DNA from: Okamejei kenojei
Lineage: Eukaryota
NCBI GenBank assembly: GCA_035221665.1
Contig: CM069144.1
Location: 61,814,001 to 61,878,000, forward strand
DNA length: 64,000 nt
Direction: 5' to 3'
Of the stretch, positions 9,989 to 23,359 are shown piece by piece; the stretch's first letter is position 1; the number at the start of each line of letters is the position of its first letter. The translations under genes and the position numbers were made by a program. Under the pieces are notes generated by a model. It made no database searches. It was not told the origin of the DNA and saw only the letters and a program-made list of their open reading frames with translations.

Positions 9989-12406
9989 TTTTACTTCGGA
10001 GTCACGTGAGTGATTCCGTGAAGAAGCCCGCCAGTTCGCATGTGCGTCATTACGTCTGACGCATGGCACAACGACGGGCTGGCAGGCGTGTAGCTCCACC
10101 AGCGGTAAGTTTTAAAAACCCTCAGGTAAGTGTTTAAAACTTAGTTGAGGTCGTTTCCTTGGGTTCTGTTACAGGAGCAAGTTCAAACCAATTGAGAAAA
10201 TGACTAAGGTGAGGTCGAGGCGGGCCACCGGGAGAGCAGCTATGGAAGACCGCGGGAGTGCAGGTAGCGGGCGGCCGTCTATCTTGCCTTCTGAGTCGCT
10301 GGTGGCATGGCAGACTAGGTCCGCTTGAAAGCACTGTGGCTACACCGGTGGGACGGAAAGCCACTAAGAAGTCGGTAAGGCCCGTTGACTCGGACGAGTC
10401 GGGCCAGGAGTGTTCCCCTCCCACAAAGGATAGCGTCTTCAGATGGAGCTCCTGATGGAGAGGATGCTCCATCATGATATGCTCCAACAAGAGGAGTTAT
10501 ATCACCGCGGGTCTCCTCGGGGGCCCGTGGCAGCGGCACCTGTTTCAGGGCTGCATAATGTCTCCCATTGGAGGAGGAGAGCATTCAGGGTCAGTTTTGT
10601 TCTGACTCCGAGTTCAGAGGTATAGCCGGTGAGCATACCTCAAGGCAAGAAGGGTGTGAACCAGAGGTGCCAAGCATGGCATCAAAATTTGCTATCCCGA
10701 CCGAAACTGGGGAACCGCTGGATGAAGATCTAGCCATGACTATAAATTACATGGCCTCACACCAGCTACAAGACCTCACAATGGAAGAAACTTCCAAAAA
10801 ATACAAAACACCCGCCAATTGTGCCTCACTCAAAGTGCCAATTGTTAAAGTGAGGCTCCAGAAGATACTGAAGCTGCTCGCTTCAGGCATTACAGCTTTC
10901 GCTAGGTCAGTGGATGGAGGGCCCCTGTCTGAGGTGCAGCAGGATGCTCTGGCCCTAATGTGCAATGCACATTTTGAGATAAACTGTCTAAGAAAGAGTG
11001 CCTTCCATCTTACTCTGAACCCCAAGTTTGCGGCGCTGTGCAAATCCAGCAATGTGCAACCACCGAATCTTCTGTTCGGTGAAGATCTATCAAAACTGGT
11101 CAGAGAGCTGGACGATGAGGTGAAAACGGTCGGCCTCGTAAAAGCCTCGCCGACTAGCAAAACTCCACTTCGGTGCAGCACCCCTACAAATGGCTCGCTG
11201 AAACTGGTTCAGGCCAAGGACCAAGCTGGCCCTTGCCAAACATGCACGATTGGCGCACGCCAACATTTTTACCCACCAAAACTCGGGGGCAGAATTATCC
11301 ACCAGCAACCATGGAGGTAGGTGGGTCTGGTTCTTTTCAGAACATATCATGTATGGATCAGTTACAAGTTGGTGGGAGATTACACTTGTTTTTCAATGAA
11401 TGATGTTGGATGACATCAGATTAGTTTATACTGCACAGTTTACAAGGGTTCTGAATCGAATTCCTTTTCAATTTACGTCCACCTACACAGCATACACCAA
11501 GCCAGACATTGTTTTTTTCACATCAAGAGTCTTTGGATGTACAAGCTGAAATTGAAACATTATCTAAAAAAGGGGTAATTGAGAAGTCGTTTCATCAATC
11601 TCACCAATTTGTGTCAAATATATTTCCTATACAAAAGAAGGATGGTGGATGTCGAATCATCCTTGATTTAACTCGACTTAACTCCTTTGTGCAGTATAAA
11701 CATTTCAAAATGGAAACTTTTGTTATTGCTAAAGAACTGGTTTCCAAATGATGTTATATGGCATGCATAGATCTTAAAGATGCATACTATTCAGTACCCA
11801 TTCATTGTGATCACCGGAGATATTTGAAGTTTAGCTGGACGAGGCAACTATGGCAGTTTAAAGCATTGCCTAATGGGTTAACTTCGGCCCCTAGATTATT
11901 TACAGAATTGTTAAAACCAGTGTTGGGCCTACTCCGGGCCCAGAATCATATTGTAATGGCCTATTTGGATGATGTCCTAATCGTAGAAAAGACTTGGCAA
12001 TCAGCTGAGTTATCTGTTTCAGCTGCCAAACTCATGTTTGAGAGTTTGGAGTTTCTCATCCATCCAGTTAAATCTAAATTGATACCATCTAGATTTATTG
12101 ATTATTTGGGATTCACCATTAATTCAACTCGCATGTCTGTGACTCTGCCTAGGGGCAAGAGATCAGAATTAATAGAAGCTTGTAACAATCTCGTTGATGA
12201 GCAGCAACCTTCTAATCGACAGGTAGCTAGTATAATTGGCAAATTAGTGGCTGCTTTGCCAGCAGCACAGTTTGGGCCTTTACATTATCAAAATTTACAA
12301 CGTGCAAAGGAGCAGGCACTCAACATACATACTTCAATAGATCCATGCGGTTACCAGGTGACGCCATTGCTGAGTTACAGTGGTGGATAGCGAATATTTG
12401 GCATTG

Positions 12407-12958
12407 CCAAAATGCCTGAGGCAGAGTCCTGCTTGATCTTAAGCACGACTGATGAGGCAAAATGGGGGAAATTCACATAAAAACATTCCACCCCAGTGTA
12501 GCAAGAATGCATCTACCACTACTGCCCCTAGGTCTGGTTCCCATGAAACATACGGTAATCATATGGGTGGAATCAAGTGGGTATTCTGTGATACATTGGC
12601 TAACCTTATTTGGCACTGGTGTATTACAAGAAACATCTGGGTTTCAGCTAACAACTTCCCAGGTAGATTCAACATGGTGGCACACACCAGGTCACGAACA
12701 TTCAATGACAACACAGAATGGATGTTGAATCATGAAATATTTAATGATATTGTTGCTCGGCATGGCATACCAGATTTGTTTGCATCCAGACTAAATCACC
12801 AGTTACCAAAGTATGTTTCATGGGAACCAGACCTAGGGGCAGTAGTGGTAGATGCATTCTTGCTACACTGGGGTGGAATGTTTTTATGTGCATTTCCCCC
12901 ATTTTGCCTCATCAGTCGTGCTTAAGATCAAGCAGGACTCCTGCCTCAGGCGTTTTGG
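12407..12958. repeat. Inverted duplication: 12407-12553 is the reverse complement of 12811-12958
   Basis: Direct comparison of the two arms; the paralogous DIRS copy has RNase H sequence at this position instead. Confidence 0.92.
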
Positions 12959-13814
12959 TAGTTCCCGACTGGCCTACACAGCCATGGTTCCCACTCGTTC
13001 TGAGAATAATAACACAGCCTCTTATGGCTGTCCCCAAATGCAGTAACCTGCTGGTTCACCCTGTGACTGGGGAGAACCATCTACTACATGACCGTATTAA
13101 TCTATTGGTTTGCAGATTCTGAGGAGACCGTTCCTGGGGCTCGGACTATCAGGTCGTACGGTGGATGTGATTACTGCGGCCTGGAGGGATAGTACTGAAA
13201 AACAATACATCTCTCACATCAACAAATGGGAGGTGTTCTGCTTGCAGTCGAACATATCATATCACACGGCAAGCATACCGGATGTGTTGGAATTTCTTTC
13301 AACACTACATTTTGATGAGCGACTGAGCTATAGTACCATCAACAGTGCCAGTAGTGCCTTATCATCGTATTTGTGGCAGGGATCGGGACAACACTCTGTT
13401 GGGTCTCACCCTTTAATATCCAGGTTCATGATGGGTATTTTTAACTAATCCCCCCAGGCCCAGGTACTCTGAGATTTGGGATGCGTGGTTCTCATGTTGC
13501 TTCACCAGTGGGCTCCAGCTACATCCCTGTCTTTGCCCACTCTCAAAGTGGTCATGCTCATGGCGCTGGTTTCAGAGCAATGCGTCCAGACATTGCAGAA
13601 GCTGCGACTGGACAGGATGGTTTCATCTGTAAATAACATAACATTTTATGTTTATGATTTAATTAAGCAGAGCAGACCAGAGACGTCAGGGCTTAAACTT
13701 ATTTTAATGGCAGACCCCTTAGACCTTCGGTTATGTGTAGTTATGCACTTGCAGCAGTAAATCAAGGTTCTCCAAGAGCCTCAGAGGCTCAGAATTAACG
13801 ATATTTTGTAGAAA

Positions 13815-14415
13815 ATTGCTAGAATCACTTAGCCGGTCAGGCAGCAAAGCCAAAGTAATACAGACACACACCGTGATGAACTGGAAGGTTGGTGCTGTAA
13901 TTAAGATGGCTAAGCACAGTGTATGGTAAGTCCTTTAAAAGAGGGGGGAGAAGGAGTGGAGACAACTTTTAAGAAGCCCGAGATGCATGGCTGTAAACCT
14001 CAGTGGACATTTAACATTACCGGTCGGTTATCCTTGGTTCTGAAAACTACTGCTTACGTTTTTTTTCCCAATGAGCCAATGAAATTCACTGGTCATTGCC
14101 GGCTACAATCTACGAGAACCCACAAGAACCTTCGACCTCCTGGCAAACCACTAGGACCTCCTGGCAACCCACCTAGGGCTCGAGAATTCTCGCTACTCTC
14201 CATGGCGGCTTCGTTCTAGTTGGCGCTAATTTTTTAACATGTTGAAAAATTTGCAGCGACCATAATGAGACCGCGACTAGTTCCCAGAATGCGTGAACTC
14301 CACATGACCATGAAGCGGACTTCCCGGCAACCACCCGTGAACATGTGCCGACCATGTGGTGACTGCACAGTCTCCTGCAGTCGCCTAAAAAAGTTGCCTG
14401 TGGGACAGGCCCAAT
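13815..14415. mobile_element. Non-autonomous DNA element fragment ending in a Harbinger-MITE-like TIR (second copy ~36195-36797)
   Basis: Ends in gtgggacaggccc as MITE 1 does and shares the ttttaacatgttgaaaaa motif with MITE 2; left end not resolved. Confidence 0.45.
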
Positions 14416-14520
14416 ATACTACTACTGCAACTAAAACTAGTCCTGCCATAAGCAAACATTCCCACACGGATGGCAGCACACCTGCTCCAGCTTTATCTCC
14501 TCCTGTTTTAAGTATCCTTA

Positions 14521-15043
14521 TCAAAAAAGCCTATGGTAAGGCGCCACACGTGAGGCTGCTAAGGAAGACGAGAGCTCACAGTATCAAAGGGCCGACATTA
14601 GCAAGGGTATCAGGTTGGCTGGATGGCAGAATGCAAAGTGACAATAAAGGGGGCTTTTTCTGCTTGGCTGTCAGTGACTAGCGGAGTTCCGCAGGTGTTG
14701 GTGCTGGGGCCGCTGCTCTTCATGTTTTATAATAATGAGTTGGATGAGGATTGAAGCATTTGTAGCCAGGTTTGCGGATGATACAAAAATAGGGGGAGGA
14801 GCATGTAGTACAGAGAAAGCAGAGACTCTGCAATAAGACTTGGATGGGCTGGGAGAGTGGTCAGAGACATGGCAGATGAAATATAGTGTAGCAAAGTGTG
14901 GTCATGCATTTTGGTAGTAGGTATAAAGGCATAGATTATTTTCTAAATAGGGAGAGAATCTAGAAATCGGAGGTGCAAAGGGACTTGGAAGCGTTGGTGC
15001 AGGATTCCCAAAATGTTAATCTGAAAGTTGAATCGGTAGTAGG
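14521..15043 (+). mobile_element. CR1 LINE RT fragment within DIRS (second copy ~36902-37425)
   Basis: KAYGKAPHVRLLRK, SGVPQVLMLGPLLF, RFADDTKIG motifs. Confidence 0.8.
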
Positions 15044-15699
15044 TGAGAGGGGTTACTGTTTATTTTCTTTCTTGTAATTAATGCATTAGTATTGTTAAAC
15101 ATGTCATGTTTTGAATGCATTAATTTTCTCACTCGTCCTGGTCAATTGATGCAGCTGTGACGCGTGGACTCGTTCCTCGGCATGAAATCACAGACCTTCA
15201 AAGCCTTCACGTATTCACGTGACTCCGAAGTAAAATAGTAAGATTAAATGAGAACTTACCAGTTTGAAGTTTGATCGTTATTTTATGAGGAGTTACGTTG
15301 AGGGATTACATGCCCTCCGCTCCCTACCTTCATAAATTAATGATCTTTCTGTAAGTTCTAGTCAACTATAATCTTACTATTTTAGTTCAACAATGTTTTC
15401 TGTGACTTCACACCGCTGCTTTGAAGATTGACGTGCATGCATGGAGACTGCCTTCTTCACTTAATCTCTCCTAAGAATGTAACTCCTCATAAAATAATGA
15501 TCAAACTTCAAACTGGTAAGTTCACGTTTAATCTTACTATTTTATGTGTCGAATTGCTCTTCCACGCAAATTAAATTCTGTGATATTTTTCCCTTCAAAA
15601 TACTAATTTGATCCACTAGGAATTGACAATCCCCAACAAAGATTAGTTTTAACTGAAGTTTTAACAAGTTTTAAATGAAGTTTGAAATGAAATTAAACC

Positions 15700-15872
15700 T
15701 ACCTGGATATTTTATAGGCGGAAATAGATGGATCCTTGATCAGTATGGGTATCAGGTGTTATGGGGAGAAGGCAGGTGAATGGGGTTAGGACAAATAGAT
15801 CAGCCATGATTGAATGGCAGAGTAGACTTGACGGGCTGAATGGCCTAATTTTTCTCTTGTCACTTGTGACCT
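15700..15872 (+). mobile_element. Short CR1-type 3' end fragment (second copy ~38080-38245)
   Basis: ggtgttatggggagaaggcagg...gatcagccatgattgaatggc...gggctgaatggcct 3' end motif. Confidence 0.65.
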
Positions 15873-18460
15873 TTCGAACGTATGACAACACACAGAAAGT
15901 TATACTGAATCTCTGTTTAATCCTTCAGGCAGATAAACATTGCTGAATTAATCTGTAGATTACGTAGGTCAACTTGAACCAGGTGGAATATTAGCCAGGT
16001 TGTACTATTTGCACTCTCATTGATGTATTAAACAGACACCACATACTATTCACATACATAACACTTTAGCCACCATAAGTAGATCCAACAAGAATAGTGT
16101 TACATATTTTCCTTATCAAAATGGGCCTCCGGTACTCCATTGTGGGAGGCTGGTTTCAGGATATCTAACAGCCACCTGTTCAGTTGGACCTATGATATGG
16201 CAAAGAGCAGGGAACAGAGGGTGGGGAGGAATGGCTATTTGGAATGGAAGAGAAGAGGCAGGAGAGGGAATCCAGAGATCTTTACAGCGGAGAATATCTC
16301 GTAGGGGGGAGTTAACCAATGGACTGGTTGGTAAAGAAGTGGTATCTAAGACAAGGCGATTGGATGACAGAGGATGTAGAGAACATCAGACTGTATAGTG
16401 TGGAGGACACGGAACCAGAGGCTATAGGATTCGACGACAAACAGTAAAGAGGTGACATGAAGACAGAGTGCATAATGTTCAGTGCTCAGGTTTCGATATG
16501 AGGCCATCATTTAAAATGGTGGAAGCTGGAGATGAATTGTGGACATTCTGATTGCACAGATGGGTCTGAAATAGGACACAGAATTCCAGGGTGCTGGGGT
16601 TGGGAGCTTTGGTGCAATGCAAGATCTAGAATGAGTAGATGACTTGCCTGGGAGGAATAACAGTACAACTTTATCATACAATCAACTTGGTCACTTTTGG
16701 AACAAAATGATCCAAGTTCCCCTGCAATATTTTAAAAGCATCATGCAATGGAGATTAACAATTATCTGCCTATAATTCTGTGGGTGGAATTTTTACGTAG
16801 TCTAGGGCATGTTCGTGGCTAGGATTCTGACGCAGACTCTCAGATAGTTTAGTTTGATGAAGACCATGGGGAAGATATAGTTTTCAATCATGATCACGAG
16901 TATGATTGAAACGTAAATGCTGGAAGACTATGTACTTATACAAGAAGAAGTTTTTATGAGTGATTTTACTGTTTTGTACTAATACAGTAAACAAACTATT
17001 AATCAAGAGACTGCTTCTGGATTATTCATCTTTCGACAGCTTTAAGTGCCAGTAGGTTAAAAGACATGGTTGGAGCCTGGGTCATCAAAAGAACTTCATT
17101 GACCGAGCGAGAGCCGTGTGTAAGAATCACCGATTAATATACCAGAGAAATATCTGAAGCTTAAATATATATATATATATTTTTTTAAACCCGTTAAACC
17201 CGACTTTTTGAAAAATCCTGCGAAGATCTCTGACAAAGTAGCTAGCCTGAAAAATGCAGTCAAAGTATGTTTTCAATAGCTGGAGATAAAGAAGTTCTAA
17301 ACAAGCCAGCCGTGACCTTGGAAGGCTGGGTTTTAATAGAAACTGAGAGGATTTGTTTGAATTCTTTTCAAGATCAGATAGCTTTGCACTTAGAAAATAA
17401 TTTGTTGTTTTCGAGTAACTGCCAGATTGTTTTGGAGAAGACTTTCAAAATTATTGGATTATTTTGGAACAGTGTACCATGTGTTAATTGCCAGCTCTTA
17501 AAGGGAATAAACCACATGGCGGCCAGCCGAGGATATGCAGCCATGGAATCTTCGACAGGTAAGCCAGGCAAAGAGGAGCCACAAGGAAGAGCTGTGGAGC
17601 CAGAATTGGTAAGAGCGAGTTACCAAGCGTATTGATAAGGCCCAAGTTGCATTTCAGGAGAAATGCCAGAAGGAGAGAAACAAATTATGGAAGCAGATGG
17701 TCCAGTTAATTGAATTCCAGAAGAAACTAATGGAATCAGATGAGAACGTGAAGATAGTAGAGTCTAATCTGGAGAGACTATTCAGCCTCAGCAGAGAAAT
17801 TGGAGAAAAACAAAAAACACAGCTGGATTCAGATAGAACTCAGGAAGAACTCTAAAGTCAAGATTCCTTAACAGGAAAGGAAGCAGCACCTAAATCATAC
17901 CCACAACCAGAGTCACTCTGGCTTCGTGACCCAGAGCTAGTAGTCAGTGGGTGGGCGCCTAACAAAACTTTATTTCAGCAACAAGGCGCTAGACCAAAAC
18001 CATAAATAATTTATGGGCCGTCTGTCAGGGGTCGTGACAAAACTTCACTTCAGCATCCCCTTCGGGGCCCTGATATACAGGCTCAAGCAAGCCAACAGTG
18101 GCAGATTCCTGATTATCATTCATTTGTTCCCAGCCAGGGACAAATAACCAGTCATGGGGCTCGTGGCATAGCTTATCCAGATACACACTCCTCGCACATG
18201 CCTGTTTATTATCCATCTGTGCCCAACCAGGGATCTCAAAGTGAATTCTATGAATTGATGAAGAATCAAATGAAAATCAGCGAGTTCATCGATCAATAAA
18301 ATAACCTTTCCACCTTACCTCCAAAGGAAATTCCTACATATGACGGTGATCCTTTGCATTATGAAACTTTCATAAAGCGGTTCCAAGAAGATGTGAAAAT
18401 GAAAACTACTAATCCAAGAGATATTTTAAACTTTCTTGAACAATACACAGGCGGACATGC

Positions 18461-19445
18461 AATTGACAATAGACAATAGGTGCAGGAGGAGGCCATTTGG
18501 CTCTTCGAGCCAGCACCGCCATTCAATGTGATCATGGCTGATCATCCCCATTCAGTACCCCGTTCCTGCCTTCTCCCCATATCCCCTGACTCCGCTATCT
18601 TTAAGTGCCCTATCTAGTCCCCTCTTGAAAGCATCCAGAGAACCTGCCTCCACCGCCCTCTGAGGCAGAGGATTACACAGACTCACCAAAAAGTGTTTCC
18701 TCGTCTCCGTTCTAAATGGCCTACTCCTTATTCTCAAACTGTGGCCCCTGGTTCTGGGCTCCCCCAACATCGGGAACATGTTTCCTTCCTCTAGTGTGTC
18801 CAAGCCCAAGCCTCTTATTTGTTTCAATGAGATCTCCTCTCATCCTTCTAAACTCCAGAGTATGCAAGCCCAGCTGCTCCATTCTCTCAGCATATGACAG
18901 TCCCGCCATCCCGGGAATTAACCTTGTAAACCTACACTGCACTCCCTCAATAGCAAGAATGTTCTTCCTCAAATTAGGGGACCAAAACTGCACACAATAC
19001 TCCAGGTGTGGTCTCACTAGGACTCTGTACAACTGCAGAAGGACCTGTTTGCTCCTATATTCGATTCCTCTTGTTATAAAGGCCAACATGCCATTTGCTT
19101 TCTTCACTGCCTGCTGTACCTGCATGCTTACTTTCATTGTACTTTCCCTTTTCCCAACTTGACACCATTTAGATAGTAATCTGCCTTCCTGTTTTTGCTA
19201 CCAAAGTGGATAACCTCACATTTATCTGCATTAAACTTCATCTGCCATGCATCTGCCCACTACCCCAACCTGTCTCCCTGCATTCTCATAGCATCCTCCT
19301 CACAGTTTACAGTGCCACCCAGCTTTGTGTTATCTGCAAATTTGCTAATGTTACTTTGAATCCCTTTGACCAAATCATTGATGTATATTGTAAATAGCTG
19401 CGGTCCCAGCACCGAGCCTTGCAGCACCCCACTAGTCACTGCTTG
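18461..19445 (-). mobile_element. 5'-truncated CR1 LINE inserted in BEL gag
   Basis: ORF 18721..19137 LYRVLVRPHLEYCVQFWSP; gacaata-repeat tail; gag frame resumes after the insert. Confidence 0.9.
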
Positions 19446-22400
19446 ACAGCTTGTTACTAGTTGTCTACATGTGTCTCCAGGTGAGGGCTATCAAGCGGCT
19501 AGAGAGTTGCTCAAAGAATATTTTAGTAATGAACAGAAGATTGCTAATGCATACTTGAAGAAGGCCTTTGCCTGGTCAGTTATCAAGGCGGAAGATGTGG
19601 AGGCATTGCACGAGTTTGCGATGTTTCTTAGAGGGTGTTGTAACTCGATGAGCAATCCTCAAACTCAGCATAACACACAATCATTGAATGTTGTTGGTAA
19701 TATGCTGGTTATTATTCTTTAACTGCCCTTCAGACAGAGAAAGGTGGAGAGATAAGACAGGCCGGGTACAGGAAGATATAACCATAAAACCACATAACAA
19801 TTACAGCATGGAAACAGGCCATCTCAGCCCTTCTAGTCCGTGCCGAACACAAGATGACAATAGAGAAGCCATGTTTCCTGAACTGGTGAATTTCATAGAA
19901 AGGAAAGTACGATCTATGTCAAGTCTACGCCATGGGAATATTCAAGATCCAAAATCAGCAACCATCAAAGGTTCTACCTTTAATAAAACAAAAGGAAGAC
20001 CAGGACCTAAGGAAAGTAGTTTTGCTACCACTGTAATGCCTGTGCAAAAGAAAGGAGATGCATCTACTATTAAGCCACAAGGGTTTGTTCGTGGTGTGAG
20101 CTGGTCACCCCATAAGGTGGTGTCTAAAATTCAAGAAGAACGAATATAAAGAAAAGATGGATTTCTTAAAGGAGAAGGGAATCTGTTTTGGATGTTTGAA
20201 GAAAGGACACATGGTTAAAGACTGCAAGAGTCGAATAACTTGCGGTAAGTGTAAACAGGTTCATCCTGGATTACTTCATACTGAACAGAAGAAGATGGAA
20301 ATAAAGCCAGAGCAAATAGTACAGGAGGAGAAGCCAGCTACGAGTGATGCTGTTACCTCACCTCAGATAAGTGTACATATCGGGGCCAGGGTAGAAACCT
20401 GTAACTTCTCTATCTGACTAGTTCAGGTAAGGAATAGCAAGATGAATACTGTGTTGTAAACATATGCATTTTTGGATCATGGTAGCTAGACTACCTTTTG
20501 TACAGAAAGCTTGATGGGAAGGCTGGACATTACAGAAGAAAAGGTTACAGTTCTATTGCGTACCCTGAACAAAGAGAAATAATGTGTTAGTCATCACATT
20601 ACAAGTATGGAAATATCTAGCCTGGATGAAGACAATTTTATACCAATATCTGAGGTGTTTACACATGAGACCATGCCTGTTTGTCATCAAAATACACCCA
20701 GACATGAGGACTTGAAACAATGGCCTTACTCAAAGGATGTCAAGATACCTAAAATAAATTCTGGTATTATATATTTGCCACGAATGTATATATATTTGAA
20801 CGAATGCTTCAAAGGCATTAGTACCTGAAGAGGTTGTCAAGAGCCAAGAGAACCTTTTTGCTGTGAAAACCCTACTTGGATGGTTTATCTATGGCCCTTG
20901 AGAAGGAACAACGAAAGCAGGAACCAGAAGAACAACCCCGCTGCTGTCAATCAATATCTACTGTTAAATTAGAAGAGCTGTTGATCAAGCAATACAATCA
21001 TGACTTAAATGAAAGTACCGGTAAGGAATCAGAAGAAATGTCCAGAGAAGAGTTAAAGTTCTTGGATCTTATAAACTACTCAGTAAAGATGATAGTTGGA
21101 CAATATTGTCTGGACTTACCTTTCAAACGAGAAAGTGCGAGCCTGCCGAACAATCGTAGCATGGCAGAGCAACGCACCCAGAATTTGAAACACAAGTTTG
21201 GCAAGAATACAACATTTCATGAGGAATATACATCTATCCTAAAGGACATGATTGATAATGATTATGCAGAGATGGTACCAACAGACCAGCTAACTCAAAA
21301 TGACAGAGAGCTTTGGTATATTCCACATCATGGGGTGTATCACTTGAAGAAAGGGACCTTTAGGGTGGTTTTTGATTGTGCTGCAGTCTTCAAAGGTACA
21401 TCACTTAACTGTCAACTACTGCAAGGTCAAGACCTTACCAACTCACTCATTGGAGTTTTTATTAAATTCAGGCAAGAACCGGTCGCTTTGATGGCTGATA
21501 TTAAAGGAATGTTTCATCAAGTTAAAGTATCAGAAAGGCATATTGACTACTTGCAATTCCTATGGTGGCCTGATGGTGATGCACAACAAGATCTTGTTGA
21601 ATACTGGATGAAGGTACATCTCTTTGGAGCAGTCATCACCTAGTTGTACAAATTTTACATTAAGAAAGACCGCAGGGGACAATAAACATCACTTTACGGA
21701 AGAAGTGACAAACACTGTGAAGAATAATTTTCGATGTAGATGATTGTTTAAAATCCATGTTTACGGAGCATGAAGCAATTCAAATGGTAAAACATCTTAC
21801 TTCCCTCTGCAATAAGGGAGGATTCATGCCATCCAAGTGGATCAGCAACAGCTGTGCTGTATTGGAAACCATTCCATCAGATAATAGAGCTAAAGAGACC
21901 AGAGAATTGGATTTGGACAAGGATGACCTGCCAATGGAAAGAGCACTGGGATTGCACTGGTGTGTTGAATCAGATGTGTTCAAGTTCAGAATATCGATTC
22001 AAGAGCGAGCATGTACAAGACGGAGCAACCTTTCTGTGATAGGTTCCGTTTACGACCCTTTGGGATTTCTTGCACCATTTACACCGCCAGTCAGGTTAAT
22101 TCTGTAGGATCTCTAAGAATAAACTTGGATGGGATGAGAGTTTAACACATACTTCCTCTCACTGATGGACAGAATGGTTAACAGATCTTGACCATATCTC
22201 GGAGTTCAGAGTGAATCGGTGTATGAAGCCTACAAACTTTGGTCAAATCACATGTGCACAGCTACATCACTTGTCAGATGCTAGTGAAAGTGGTTACGTT
22301 ACTATTAAGGCCAGAGTGGCACCATTGAAGCAAATGACAATTCCCAGAATGGAACTTACTGCCGCAGTCTTGGCGGTTCAAGTTGACATAATGCTGAAAA

Positions 22401-22999
22401 AAGAACTACAGCTTCAGCTGGAGAAATCTATTTTCTGGACTGATAGTACTACAGTGCTCAAATACCTCAACAATGAAAACAAACGTTTGCTAACATTTGT
22501 AGCAAACAGAATCTCTTTTGTAAGGGTGCTACTAATGTGTCACAATGGTAATATGTTAACACTAAGGTAAATCCTGTGGATGAAGCTTCTAGAGGACTAA
22601 CAGCAGACCGCTTCTTAAGCAATAAGAGATGGATCAATGGACCAGGGTTTCTCTGTAAGCCAGAGAGAAAATGGCCAAAGCTTGAGCTAGGATTTGAAAT
22701 CTCTGCCAATGATCCGGAAATTAAACAAAACATCACAGTGAACGTTATTACTAAAGATTCATCAAACACAACAAATGACTTAATTACCCACTTTTCATCA
22801 TGGAGGAAGCTGGTCACTGTGGTTGCTAAGGTTCTTAGAGCGAAAACAGTTATTGCTGTTTGCTCAAAAAAGGAAAGACATTGCTGAAGGTAACTTTGAA
22901 GAAGAATCTGAACAACTGAAGAAAAAGATTGAAAGGAAGATGCAAGTTTTTAAGACTTCATACCACGTACCGGGTTTACATCCTGATGATCTTCTCAAA

Positions 23000-23359
23000 C
23001 ATAGAAACATAGAAACATAGAAATTAGGTGCAGGAGTAGGCCATTCAGCCCTTCGAGCCTGCACCGCCATTCAATATGATCATGGCTGATCATCCAACTC
23101 AGTATCCCGTACCTGCCTTCTCTCCATACCCTCTGATCCCCCTAGCCACTAGGGCCCACATCCAACTCACTCTTAAATATAGCCAATGAACTGGTAAGTT
23201 TCTATAAGATCCCCTCTCAATCACCTAAATTCCAGAGAGTATAAACCGAGTCTATCCAGTCTTTCTTCATAAGACAGTCCTGACATCCCCGGAATCAGTC
23301 TGGTGAACCTTCTCTGCACTCCCTCTATGGCAATAATGTCCTTCCTCAGATTTGGAGAC
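23000..23359 (-). mobile_element. Young short CR1 insertion specific to BEL copy 1
   Basis: (catagaaa)n tail, caaa flanking duplication, empty site at ~45580 in copy 2; lacks an internal ~185-bp piece present in 47329-49948. Confidence 0.9.

Larger units (their letters stand above)
9989..15543 (+). mobile_element. DIRS1-like tyrosine-recombinase retrotransposon, composite and decayed (copy 1)
   Basis: gag-like 10568-11320; RT DLKDAY/YLDD 11758-12390; methyltransferase-like DLFASRLN...AFPPF; recombinase 13110-13760; 5' end ttttacttcggagtcacgtg and 3' end ...taatcttactatttt are both complementary to the ICR at ~15205-15310. Confidence 0.9.

Noticed and set aside
17267-17635. 122-aa ORF conserved in both long units
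   Set aside because: Lies in the BEL leader and gag start; conservation reflects the recent duplication
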